NCBI GenBank assembly: GCA_013265495.1
Contig: MU061814.1
Location: 5,459,684-5,523,683, forward strand
DNA: 64,000 bases
Origin: Vicugna vicugna
Taxonomy: Eukaryota
Direction: 5' to 3'
Within the stretch, counting starts at the first letter, position 1. Each line of letters starts with the position of its first letter. Shown in pieces: positions 1-11,427 of this stretch. The notes below the pieces were generated by a model. That model worked only from the letters and a program-made list of their open reading frames with translations. It had not been told where the DNA came from and made no database searches. Made by a program: the position numbers and the translations under genes.

Positions 1-291
1 TGATGCCCTACTTCACAGACGAGACACTCAGGAGGAGGCAGAGAATCTGTGGAAGGCGTCAAACTAAGAAGCGGCAGAGTGAGAATATACACTCTCACCA
101 TAACCACGTACAAGGCTTCTTTTGTCCAGATAGTGGGTATTCAGTAAACATCTCTTAAACAAATGGCGGAGTAGGAACAGTGGCTGTTCTAGTTCACGGT
201 GAGTTCAGTTAGAGTGTGTGCAGACGCGTGTCTAGGAAAGGTATGTGGCCGGCCGGCTCTAATACAGCCCTTTGAAAAGAAAGAAATCGCT

Positions 292-400
292 GGGGGAGGG
301 CACAGCGCAGCGGCAGAGGGCAGCCCAGCAGGCACGAGCGAGGCCCTGGGTTCAATCCCCAGCCCCGCCATTAAAAACAACTAAATAGACAGACCTAAAT
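292..400 (+). mobile_element. tRNA-derived SINE (camelid Vic-1-like), diverged
   Basis: GGGGGAGGG-CACAGCGCAGCGGCAGAG head, B-box GGTTCAATCCC at 349-359, then CCCAGCCCCGCCATTAAAAAC A-rich tail. Family assignment is from memory of the consensus. Confidence 0.75.
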
Positions 401-1137
401 CCGTCCCTCCCTGAGAGAAGAAAGAAGTGCTTTAGTTCAACACTGCAGTTGCAGAGATGAGATCGGTCTCACTCAACGTTACATTTCCTGAGCCTCAAAT
501 ACAAGCCAGCACAAAGTCCTCGATAAATGATTAAGTCAGCCAGCTCTACGTGAGGGGAGCCTCGTGTGGACACCCAGCTGCACTAGGAGGGCCAGCCACC
601 TTCGGACTCTGCAAGAACGGCGCAGATAAAACAACTTGTCCTTCGCCAGCGTCCGTAAGAGGACCCAGCACAGCTGGGCGCCCCGGCTGGCGGGCGGGCC
701 CCTCCTCGGGAGGCTGCCCTGACCTGCACCCGAGAACCTGGGCTTCGGGAGGGTTCCCCTCGCCGGCAGTCAGGGGCTCCGGCGCCTCAGCCCTTTGTGC
801 ACAGAGCGCTGTCAGACACCAGCTTCCCCCCGGGCTCTGGATTTGGCTGTGTGCCAGGGCGGGAACCACCACGACCACATCATCAGCCCTGTGAGGTCCC
901 GGGGAGCCGGGTCTCTGAGGGGCCTGGTCCCCTGGACTCCTCCCCACGCACCTCTGCTGACTCTGCTGGGCCACAGAGCAGAGCCATGAGTCCTCCTAAC
1001 GGGTCATCAGACCTGGGGGAGGCCTTGGGCCCCCCAGTCACTTAGCAAAACCAAGTGACTGTTGGCTCTCGCCAGCTGGCCTCCCTCTGAACGTGGAAGC
1101 CGGCCTGCGCGGTGGCTCAGGGCCGCGGCCGCCCTAC

Positions 1138-1384
1138 CTTCTGTCTCTCTCCATGCGGTTGTGCCTCTCCCGCCGCTGCGACCGCCCGCCCTGGGGCCCG
1201 CCCGGGGCCTGCTCGCCGAGGTGGGGCTGGGAGGACTCCGCGGCCTGCCAGGCGCCCGGGGCCACCGTGGGGCCCTCGCCCACGTTCTGGATCTCCCCGA
1301 GGGCTCTCCGCTCCACGCTCGTGTCCGGCTGACGCATCCGACTCCGATTCCTCTTATTTATCGCTTGTTTACATAGCGCTTCTT
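1138..1384 (-). CDS. TCFL5: TCFL5 coding exon 4 (EEALCKQAINKRNRSRMRQPDTSVERRALGEIQNV...GGRSQRRERHNRMERDRR; basic region of bHLH)
   Basis: Acceptor tttgcaaag|, donor AG|GTAGGG, 247 nt phase 1 to 2. Translation matches TCFL5 as recalled (RRERHNRMERDRRR bHLH basic motif). Downstream exons lie left of position 1. Confidence 0.95.
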
Positions 1385-3009
1385 CTTTGCAAAAGAAGAG
1401 AAAAGTGGTATTTTAGTTCTTCTGTTTTTCTTAACTCGCCCCATTATATTTCTTGGTATTTACAACCTCAGATACAAACGTTAAGAGGCAAGGAGCACAC
1501 GGAACAGAGCAGGAAACAGGCAGCAATTCCATGTGGGCGTCAGCACAAAGCTCTAGGCTCAAACAACACAACTGAACAGAAACCAAATTTTAATGCCCAA
1601 GTACCACGAAATCAACCCATCTTGTCGACAGTCCCCCTCTTAAATCAACCTGCATCTTAACTCTCGTCAAGGAACAGAGGAACCAAGAAGTGGTCTGATT
1701 ATTCTGGTCCACAGAATGAAAACGAAAGCTGGAAACACCTTCTCCAAAAGATCTTCTTTACACACAGCGATTCTAACACAACTGCTGTTCTAACCATGAC
1801 GCCCAGAAGAGGGCAAAACCTCAGTGGCTCAGGATTAAATCTGCCCTCACCTCACAAGTGAGATTCTCCCCGCAGAAGGAGGAGTCACGTCATCGCTTGA
1901 CTTACGCTACAGAAATACGTCAAATTTCCATCAAAGCACAGCGGGCCTCTAATTAGCACGTGCGGTGACGTGCAGCCCCAAGGTGCCACTCGAAGCCAGA
2001 TTCTCTACAGCAAGATTGCTCAACACAAATTTCAGAATGGGGACAACTTTGCAAGAGACGCTGAGGGGAATTCACAAGTATTGGTAATATTTTATTTCCT
2101 AAGCTGAGTAGTCTGTACGGGGACTACTTCAATATCAACCTTCACAAACCTTTTACAAACGGTTGCGTGTACTTCTGCGCACGTCACTGTTGTGTAACAA
2201 GGAAAAGTTAATTTCTGACGTGGGAGAAAGCAGAGGCACTCCACCCGTATCCTGTCTTCACTAGCTCTCGAAAGCTTAGCGAAGCTGTGTTACTTTGTTG
2301 GATAACTTGAAAAAGAATGTTTTCAGGGACAAAGGGATTGAGAGTTGATCTTTCAGAGGTAAGCAAACTTTGCCTTCAGCAGTTTCTTTACCTCTAAAAC
2401 TTTCTGAGTCACCTTGTGGCCTCTTGCTACCAACTCAGTCCTCTGCCTGTGTGCAGACTGTCCCCTAAAGCTTTTCGCAGAGTTCAGACTCCTGCCCCAT
2501 TCACGACGTATTAAAAAAAAAAGAAGGTAAGTGCTCTCAGTAACTTGAAGGCAACTGAAAACGTATGGAAATCTGCCATTTTCCTGTTTCCGGAGCGGAC
2601 TGTAAAGAAAAAGCAGCCCCTAAATTCAACATTTTCATGCCGAGTGTAAATATGATGTTCGAGAACTACATTCAGTACCTTGTAATAGCCTTTAATGAAA
2701 AAGAATATGAAAACGAGTGTGTCTCTGCATGACTGGGACGTTGTGCTGCGCACAAGGAAGTGGCACGCTGTAACGACTGCACTTCAACTAAAAATGAATA
2801 AATAACTATGACGTTCCCAATTCCTAACAGTGTTCAAAGTGAGGTGACCGGCGGGTGGGATGAAGGGTCCCCAAGATGTAAAAGGCCTCCCGAGACATTC
2901 GCATGTGTTTACAAACCTCCTGGCCCTCTCCACCAGCGGCCAGAAGCAGCCCGAAAAAAGGGGGGGGGGGGGGGGGGGAGCGCGGCTGGCTCCCGCTGTA
3001 TCCGCTTAC

Positions 3010-3172
3010 CTCCTACTTTAATCCAGACCTGCTCCGGCAAAGCTTTGTTTCTACCGCCCAAAGTCTGTTTAGTGGATTCAATTTCTTGCTGGTAACAGAA
3101 AGAAAACGCCCGGGGCAATCCAGCATCCTGATGCTTGGCAGCTTCAAGTACAGAACAGGAGTTACCAGAACT
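3010..3172 (-). CDS. TCFL5: TCFL5 coding exon 3 (SSGNSCSVLEAAKHQDAGLPRAFSFCYQQEIESTKQTLGGRNKALPEQVWIKVG)
   Basis: Acceptor ttttccag|, donor G|GTAAGC, 163 nt phase 0 to 1, consistent with flanking exons. Confidence 0.95.
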
Positions 3173-3459
3173 CTGGAAAAAATGAAGCGACAGGAACTTC
3201 ATCAACACTCGACTTCATCTCCTCTTTATCGCACAAGTAAAACGCACGTGAACAGAAGTAACATCAAAGCTATTAATACGAATCTGCAGAACTTTGGGTG
3301 CACTGAGGATTTTACAACATCGCCAAACCACACATTCTCGGTTTTAAAAAGTTACTGAGCTCAATGAATGGAAAAAAAAATCCTTGAGAGGGACCTACCT
3401 AAAAGAAAATTCATCCATTTAATACAGATGAGCAAAGCTTCGCTGATCGTCTTCCCTAC

Positions 3460-3646
3460 CTGCGTTTGTGAGAGGTTAGAGTTCCCACCAGCAGAGCACG
3501 CGTTCGCAGTGAACAGCGGGCACGTAAACTGCAGAGCAGTCGTCGCAGCAGCAGTTTTATTTTTCACTAAGGTCGTACATTTGTTTTGTTGCTGATGAAG
3601 AGGAACATTCATTAATTCAGACGGATGTCGAATAAGAGTTACCAAA
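3460..3646 (-). CDS. TCFL5: TCFL5 coding exon 2 (LVTLIRHPSELMNVPLHQQQNKC...NSNLSQTQ)
   Basis: Acceptor ttggcag|, donor CAG|GTAGGG, 187 nt phase 2 to 0. Confidence 0.95.
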
Positions 3647-4558
3647 CTGCCAAGACAAAAGAGACCCAGAAACACATGATGCGTGTGTGGCAGGTAAGTC
3701 CCCCTGAAACACTGCAGTCACTATCACTCACTAACGCTGACATTCGATTTTCTCGCTAGGACCTCCAATATGCCCGATGAACACACCCTCATCATGGGAA
3801 CCTCGCAAAACAAAACTCAACCACGGTTGCAGGGGACGAGTTCAAACTTTCTTCTTCCTCACCCTGGAAGCGGGGGCTGTGGCCCCTCTTGGTTAGCTCC
3901 CTTCCCATCACACCTCTGACACCAATCTTTTTCTGGCCAGCCTCCAAAATCTGCTGACTACGGACAAAATGGGGAAACTAGAGTGGGGACAGACAGAAAA
4001 CTGAGGCGGCATCCCAGCGGACAGGCTTCTCCTCCCAGCAGCTGTTGGAGAGAGATCACTTGTGGGCTGGCGGGCTGGCTGCAGAATGAAGCTGTGTTAC
4101 ACACTCAAAGCCTCACAATATGGCATCTTTTGCTCCTGCATCTGTGCGTGCGCAGGGAGGTCAGCCCTAACCCCAGTCAATGTGGGGGTGGGGGGCAGAA
4201 CCCTCTCCTGACCTTTGGGGCAAACCTCTGGTCCTCAGGAGCACCTGTACAGTTACCTTAACGCATCTCTTCCACACGCAGGTGCTGACGCAGAGTGCAA
4301 ACCACAAAAGGTAATGCTCTGGGTTATGCACTTAACACCTGCTTGCTCGCTGTGCCTGCACGGAGCACACAAACTTTCAGGTCAGCCGCCCCCAGACCCA
4401 GTGGGACCCACTCCCTGTTAAGATGCAGGCTGCAGTGAGGCCGCTGCTTCTCTGCACAAGATCCTGGTCTACACTCAGACGGAGGCTAACGCTTCTCTGT
4501 AGGACCCCAGGCCTACACCCAGACCCCGCGGGGCCCGCTCCCTGGGAGATGCACCCAC

Positions 4559-5016
4559 TTGTTGAGCGCCACGCCGGGCTCGGGGGGCTCGGCGCCGCGC
4601 GGGGCAGGCGGGGGCTCGGCGGGGATGCTGTTGAAGCGGTCCTCCAGGCGGACGCGCACGGCCGACTTGGCCCGCGCCTCGGACGCGCCCTCCGCGCTCT
4701 CCTTGCCGGCGCCGTCGGGCGCCTTGGGCCGGGGCGCGCCGGGGCCCGGGCCGTCGGCGCCCGGCGTCTTCTCGGCGGCGGGGGGCGCGCCCGCCTCGCT
4801 CAGCAGAAGCATGCGCAGCTCCTGGAAGTCGATGTGGCCCAGGCACGGGTTGGCGCCCGCGAAGCCGCCGTCGGCCAGCGCGGGCGGGCACAGCACCGGG
4901 TACACGGGCGCCGCGCCTCCTGCCGCCGCCGCGCCCCCCGTCGCCGCGAAGCCCCCCGCCGCCGCCGCCGCCGCCGCCGCCCTCGCACCCAGACAGCACC
5001 GCGTCGCCTCCCAGGA
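4559..5016 (-). CDS. TCFL5: TCFL5 coding exon 1, 3' part (...APVYPVLCPPAL...CLGHIDFQELRMLLLSEAG...AVRVRLEDRFNSIPAEPPP...ALN); start codon presumably in the adjacent N-gap
   Basis: Motifs CLGHIDFQELRM and VRVRLEDRFNSIPAEP recognised. Donor AA|GTGGGT joins exon 2 in frame (AA+T = Asn). The 5' end is not visible. Confidence 0.9.
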
Positions 5017-5237
5017 NNNNNNNNNNNNNNNNNNNNNNNNNNNNNNNNNNNNNNNNNNNNNNNNNNNNNNNNNNNNNNNNNNNNNNNNNNNNNNNNNNNN
5101 NNNNNNNNNNNNNNNNNNNNNNNNNNNNNNNNNNNNNNNNNNNNNNNNNNNNNNNNNNNNNNNNNNNNNNNNNNNNNNNNNNNNNNNNNNNNNNNNNNNN
5201 NNNNNNNNNNNNNNNNNNNNNNNNNNNNNNNNNNNNN
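5017..5237. other. Assembly gap (221 N)
   Basis: Run of N. Confidence 1.
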
Positions 5238-5639
5238 CAACCGCCCGCCCCGCCCCCGGCCCCGGGCCGGCCTGCGCGCAGCCTGCGCGCGCAGGTCGGG
5301 GCGCGGGGCGCTGGGGGGCGCGGGAGTCCGCGGGGCCAGGCCTTCCCGGGCCTGGCTGGGAGTCGGGGCGCAGGCAGGAGGCCCCATGGGAGTGACTCCA
5401 CCACGAGTTCACGCAGCCACGGGGCGCAGTGCCGTCCGCCTTCTCCGCGCGTGGGGCCGTGAGGGCTGCGTGCGCCCCGACAGTAGACAGGTGAGACAGC
5501 TGCCCCCAGCACAGGTGCGACCAGGCCGTCTGTGCGCAGGTGGAGGCTCAGTCAGGTAAACACGTGGTGCACGAGTTCATCCTAGAACGGGCCAGGGCCG
5601 GTGTGGTCGATGCACCCGACAAGCACTGGCCAGCGACCT

Positions 5640-5900
5640 GAGAGATTTTTAGAAGCTTTTTTGAACTATAACGCACATGTCACGTGGGTTCGTCCGTTTA
5701 AAGCGTGCCCTTTGGCGGTAGCATATTCACATCCCAAAGCCACAGTCAGTTCAGAACATCTTCACCCTAAAGAGAATCCCTCACCACTAGCACTCCACTC
5801 TCTGGGCCCGTGGGTTTGCTAACCCCCGGCACTGCGCAGAAATGGTACCATACAATACGTGGTCTTTGAAAGAATTACTCTCGCAGGCTCAAAATACTTA
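5640..5900 (-). mobile_element. Old L1M 3' end fragment
   Basis: + strand reads like antisense L1M 3'UTR: AGCATATTCAC...CAGTTCAGAACATCTTCACCCTAAAGAGAATCCC...CCATACAATACGTGGTCTTT. Confidence 0.55.
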
Positions 5901-7889
5901 CTGTACCCCTCTCACCAGTACCCCGGTCTCAACCAGTGGTTGTTTTCTGTAGAGAAACCAGGTCATTTAAAGAAAGGCTTGTGATTTAGGCACAGTTTTC
6001 TAACAAGCAGGCTCTGAACCTCTTGCTCATTCTGTCACAGCCCAGACGTTTATCTTTGCAGTGCTATTTTTTTATTTTGCAGTGTCTTTTCTTTGAACAA
6101 TATAAGATCATACTATGGTTTTATAATTTGCTTTTCTTTTTTTCCCACTTAATACGTCCCTGGGAGGGAAATGACGGACTACTCACAAAAAGATAACCGG
6201 ACAAATGATTAATCTTTTAGAAAAAAAATAAGGGTATTTTCCCCCCACACACCTGAGGTAAAAATTAGTTTCAGATCATTGAAATACCTAAATTTAAAAA
6301 GCAAAATTATGCAACCACCGAATATATAGGATAGCGATAAAATCTTTGAGACGATTCTAAGCATGATGCCAACACAGGCGGTGAAGTGCACAGATTCACG
6401 CCCGGGATCTTGTTTACAAGCAGATTCTAACTCGGCCCGCCTGGGTGGGCCCAGACTCCCCCCTTTCTACGGAGCCCCCGCTGATGTGTGTGCTGATTGG
6501 TGGACCCCACTGTGGGCAGCAAAATCAGAGTGAAATTTACAGTGTTTAAACGGGAAAATAAAATCAAGATTATATCTGACCTGGCTTTTTGTTCATTGGA
6601 AATGAAGACCATCGGCACCTGCACTGTTTTTGTGTTTCTTGATTTGGGTGGCGTTTGCAGGTGTTAATTTCTGAGACCTCTTTTGTTTAGATATGGCACA
6701 TGAGGACGATCTGGCTTCAGTGGGGTCTGCTTTACAAATAAAACGTGAAGAAAATGTCAAACAAGCTTTTTTCAAACTCTGAACACGGCTCCCTGTGGTT
6801 CTGGTCTAGCCCTGGGGAGGCAGCCCCCCTTGGCTGGGGAGCCCTGCTGAGGAGTCAGGGAGAGCCCCAGGGAGCAGGGCAGGCAAAGAGCAGCCCCTGC
6901 CCCGAACCTGCAAGAAGAAACAGTAAAGAGCATCATGGATGGATGGCAGATTTGAGAGGGCCCTGAAGTGGGGCCAGCTTTCAAGGACCGGGAGGAGCCA
7001 CAGGGGAGACCCCGTGGGGGCAGGTTCAGCTCTGGACCTACAGCTGGATCCCCAAGCACAGCATCCATGGGAACCTGGTGTCCCGAGAACACGTGTGTTG
7101 GGCGTGAAGTTGTAGCAACACGTGCACCCTGTGAAACCGGCAGGACAGGAAAGCAAAACTGCAGAGCGATGACGCGGAGAGATGCGCACAAATTCTGAAC
7201 CACGTCTTGGCACATGGAATCCAACAAGGTTTCTTCGGAAAAAATAACTCATCACAACCCAGAGGGGTTTATTCCAGGGACGCAGTTTTGTTTACATTTG
7301 AAAGTCAACAAACGTGAACAACTCTATTCACAGACCAGAGAGAAAAGCGGTGTGATTACCTCAAAAATGCAGAACAAAAGCCAATCCAACATCCATTCCT
7401 GATAAATCTCCGTCAGCCAAGGGCGGGGGGAGCCCACGCTCGATAAAGGGCAGAGTGAAGTAACTATGGCTGCCCGTCCTTAATGGTGAAAGACAGGCAG
7501 CTTTCCCTTGACGAGGAAGAAAGGGAAGACACCCCTCCCTCTGCTCCGGCTCAGCCCTGCCCCGAGGACCTGCTCAGCGCGACAGAGCGAGGGCAGGAAG
7601 GGCCGTCAGACGGCGAGGCAGGAAGCAGGCCTGTCTTGGCTTGCAGACAGCACGGTACTCTGGGCAGAAAATCCCAGGACTCTATAAACAAGCCAGGAAG
7701 CGAGCTCAGCAAGACCACAGCGTACAAACACCAACCGTGAGTGCTGGACACGTGGCACTGCGGCTGAAGCACAAACACCACGTACAATGACTCAGAAACA
7801 CGCTTAAGAGCAAGCTTCACGGGACACGCACAGAAGGCGCCCGTCGGAGGCCGTCCGGCCTAGGTGCCCGGCCTGCCCCCCGCCCCGCC

Positions 7890-8395
7890 TCCTCCCTGGG
7901 AGCCGCTCGTCCTTTCCCCGTCTCCATAGTTCTGCCTCTTCCAGAAAGTCATAGAGTTGGAATCAACAATAACGTAGGCTTTTCCAGATTGGCTTTTTCA
8001 CTAGTAGCATGCATTGAAGTTTCCTTGACGTATTTTCATGACCTGACAGCTCATTTCTTTTTGGTGCTGAATAATACGCCGCGTCTGGATGGACTCCAGT
8101 ATATTTACCTATTCACCTGCTGAAGGACATCGGGGTTGCTTCCAAGTTTTGACAGTTGTGAATTGAGCTGCTGCAAATGTCTGTGTGCAGGTTTTTGTGT
8201 GGATGTGAGCTTTCAGTTCCTCTGGGTAAATGCCGAGGGGACCGCTGGAGGGTATGGTCAGAGTACATTTAGTTTCAGAAGAAACTGCCAACTGTCTTCC
8301 AACGTGGCTGCACCAGAGAGAGAGTCCCGTTGCTCCACACCCTCGCCAGTGCTGTCAGCGCTGCACTTTTTGGACAGTCTAAGAGGTGTGCTCGG
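7890..8395 (-). mobile_element. L1 (L1MB-type) ORF2 C-terminus and 3' end fragment
   Basis: Minus-strand ORF 8109-8291 gives LGIYPEELKAHIHTKTCTQTFAAAQFTTVKTWKQPRCPS, the L1 ORF2 C-terminal signature. Flanks match antisense L1M 3'UTR (TCTCCATAGTTCTGCC...GGACATCGGGGTTGCTTCCAAG). Confidence 0.9.
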
Positions 8396-11317
8396 TGGCG
8401 CTTTGGAGCCTCGGTTACAGTGCCAGCTAGGCGGCAACACCACGCAGGGCTGCGACGACGTCTTCGGGGACGTGGGGCGGGCTCTGAGTCAGCCACCAGT
8501 GGGGCTGTTTCTCCAGCATTTGCGGGACTGGAATCAAGGGGTGGAAGTGGGTGGCTGCTGTTCCCTCCACTGAGCTGCCAGCAAAGTCTGTGCTTCCTGT
8601 TCCTGCAACTTTCGGTTCTGGAGGGCTCAGTCCCAGGGGAGCAGCGCTCCCTCTCGGGGGCATAGTGACAGTGTCACTGGGCCACCAGTCGAGACTCCTT
8701 TCCGGCCACTTTGGACTCTTCAGGCCAGTGAATCAGCTGGCAAAGCAGGAGTGATGGGGCCAGAGGCCCAGGAGGAGCAGCACTCAGGCAGGGCAGCCGC
8801 AGTTCAGACCCGTCAGGATGAAGGTTTGGGTCACCCACAGGCGAGGAGCCTCAGGGGGGCCTGGACTGGGTAGCAGAGGAAGGTTATTCTAAACACAGCG
8901 ACACCACTGTGACTGGGGCAGCGGGGAGGCCCGAGATAGCTGAGTCCTGTGTGTTTATTACCCACGAATGTCCATTTTCTTCTCTTCTCTTGTCCCCGAT
9001 CATCTAAGGTGAGACTGGTTCAGGGTGGCTGACCCCCTTCCCAGAGTTTGCGGGACCAGGCAGCACCTGGAAGTGCGAGTCGGCCAGAAGACTGAGCATC
9101 ACGGGGGTGAACGAAGGGACTGTCTCCTCTGCCAGGGGACAGGGTGGTGGTGTCATGCCAGGTGGGGACCAGAGTTGGTGCCTGTGTTTGGGAATTATGG
9201 CTCAAAGGGCAGCTGTAGGCAAGGTTGGAGGTGTGCTGGGGCCACCATGACGGGGCTGGTGCCGGTGACTGGCGCTGGCCGGGCCCCTTTTCTTAGAATC
9301 CCCTCCCCTGCATGTTCCTGGTGAAGGGCACCAGCAGGGACAGTTCTGCGTGAGATCTGAAGGCCAGGAGAGAAGTGACAGCCATTCCACTTTTCCTACT
9401 CAGAGGGCTGGGCCAGGGTCTCACACATGAATGTCACCTCCCCAGGATCCGCTCAGTCTGTTTTGGGCCAGGGTTGCACCTACCTTTACGACAAAGTGCG
9501 CCAGCTTCTCAGGCCGGACACCCACCCCCTCGAGGTGGCAGGCAGACAGGGCCACGTGAGGCTAGTCCACCCTCGAGGGCCCAGCCTGTCCTCCCTCCCC
9601 TTCCGGCCCCTTCCCGCCCCTCCCCTCTGCCCGACCTGGCCCTCCAGCCCCCCGCCTCCAGCAGAGACTACCACTGGCTCCCGCAACAGCTGGGCCAACT
9701 CTGTCCCCAAAGTCCTGATGCCTCTCCCCGGCCCTGCCTGTCTGCCTTTCTGTGTCTCCCTGTCTCTCTCTGACCCCAGTAAGGAGAGGGGTAGAGAGGC
9801 GTGAAACCCACGCCCCGGCCTCGGGGGACCGTTCTCCACGCTGCTTGCTAGTGCTGTGACTCGTGAGTTTCGTCTGCTTCTTAAGGAGAAAGAGAATTGG
9901 GCCCACCTTTGTCAGAGATGGGATCTCAATTAGCTGCTTAGGAGAATTTGAGTACCTTTGTGACTGATTTCAAAATATTTGGAAAAATGAAATTTGTTAA
10001 ATGCTTAATTGGATGTTGAAGTGTCTGATAGTCGGTATTTAAATATTTTTTAAAAACATTGTTTGATAGATTTATGGGACTAAGAAATAGGACACAGCAA
10101 ACTATGAGTCTCCCTCTGCTTGCTCGGAAGTTCCTCGGCTGTTAAAGTACTAATTAATCACACACACACACCCACACAAAGAAAAGTGGGGGCAACAGAT
10201 TTGAACTCCCAAGGAAACCCCAGCGGGGGGCACGCTCACAAGCACGAGACCAACACTCCCCTGGTGCGTGGTGAGGGGACGTGGGGGATCAGAAGCGGGC
10301 GGAGGCTGGGTCTTCGATGCAAACTGGTAAAAGGCAACACCTGAGAAGCAGAAAGTGGTCCACCCAGAGCTGAAGAGACTGGGTCAGAGCGCCCAGGGCG
10401 GGCGGGGGGTTCCAGGACAGGCCTGGGAACAGGCAGTGCGGGGAAGCCAGAGGACAGGGCGGCAGGGGACCTGCAGGGCGCCCGAGTACCGGGGTGACCT
10501 CGAGCAGAGAGAACGAAGGGGAGACCCCAGCAGAAGGGCCTGTAGCCCCTCAGCGCGGTTTCCCTCCCTCCCTCCGGCCCACCTCCTGCCTCTGGGATCT
10601 TGGTTTTTAAACCAAAGGGAAGTGTTCACCTGTTACTCATCTGCATGTAATCTCAGATGTCCCTGAGGGTCTTTGAAACGAAGAATCTGTCACTGCCGTG
10701 GTCCAGGGCAGATAAGTGTGACCGCAGCCGAGTCACCTTCTGACTTGAGCTGGTTTCTCTTTGTTCCTGATGCGTGCTTGCGTGCGTGCATGCGTACCTG
10801 TGAGTGTGCGTGCATGTGCCGGTGTGGGAGGTAGGACTCCCCTCGGGAGCTCCAGCATAAAAACCGTCTCCCCATCCTGGGTGTCTGGGGGACTGGTTGT
10901 CACTCACATGCAGTTGAAGTCACAAGCACAAACATCCAGCAGACCCTGGGCAGACCACTCCTGCCCCCCAAACTGCCTCCCTTGTGCGGCCCTTAGAGGT
11001 GCCCCACTCCCACCTGGTCTGCTGCCTGCCCCCCGGGTTTGCCTTATCCAGCCTGTCACCTGTGGGGCCCTGCCGCCGGTGGCCGTGGTCTGGCGCCTGT
11101 CCCCGCTGGACGCCCCGAGCCCCCTCCCCACCAGGGTCTGCACCTGCGCTCGCCTGCTCCAGGTGGCCAGCGTGGTGCGTCTGGGCATTGCCTGGAGGGC
11201 ATCTGGGTGGTTTTGTGGTTTGGGCAGTGGTGCAGAAAGCACTGTAAGTATTTGCTTACAGATTTTTGTGTGAGCATGAATCGTTGTTGTTGTTTTTAAT
11301 TTATCCTATTTCTCTTA

Positions 11318-11427
11318 GGGAGGAGGTAGCTAGGTTTATTTATTTATTTTAATGGAGGTACTGGGGACTGAACCCAGGACCCGTGCGCGCCACGCAGTCA
11401 CGTCACCCCTGAGCTGTGCCCACCCCT
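11318..11427 (-). mobile_element. tRNA-derived SINE (camelid Vic-1-like)
   Basis: Reverse complement: GGGGTGGGCACAGCTCAG...GGGTCCTGGGTTCAGTCCCCAGTACCTCCATTAAAATAAATAAATAAACCTAGCTACCTCC; B-box and (TAAA)n tail present. Confidence 0.85.

Larger units (their letters stand above)
4500..5520. promoter_or_regulatory. CpG island / TCFL5 promoter
   Basis: Very high GC and CpG density. GC boxes at 5241-5256; palindromic TGCGCGCA / CTGCGCGCGCAG (NRF1-like) at 5271-5295; CACGTG E-box near 5562. Confidence 0.8.

Noticed and set aside
4423-5559. + strand and alternative-frame ORFs over TCFL5 exon 1
   Set aside because: CpG-island shadow ORFs spanning a gap; low complexity.
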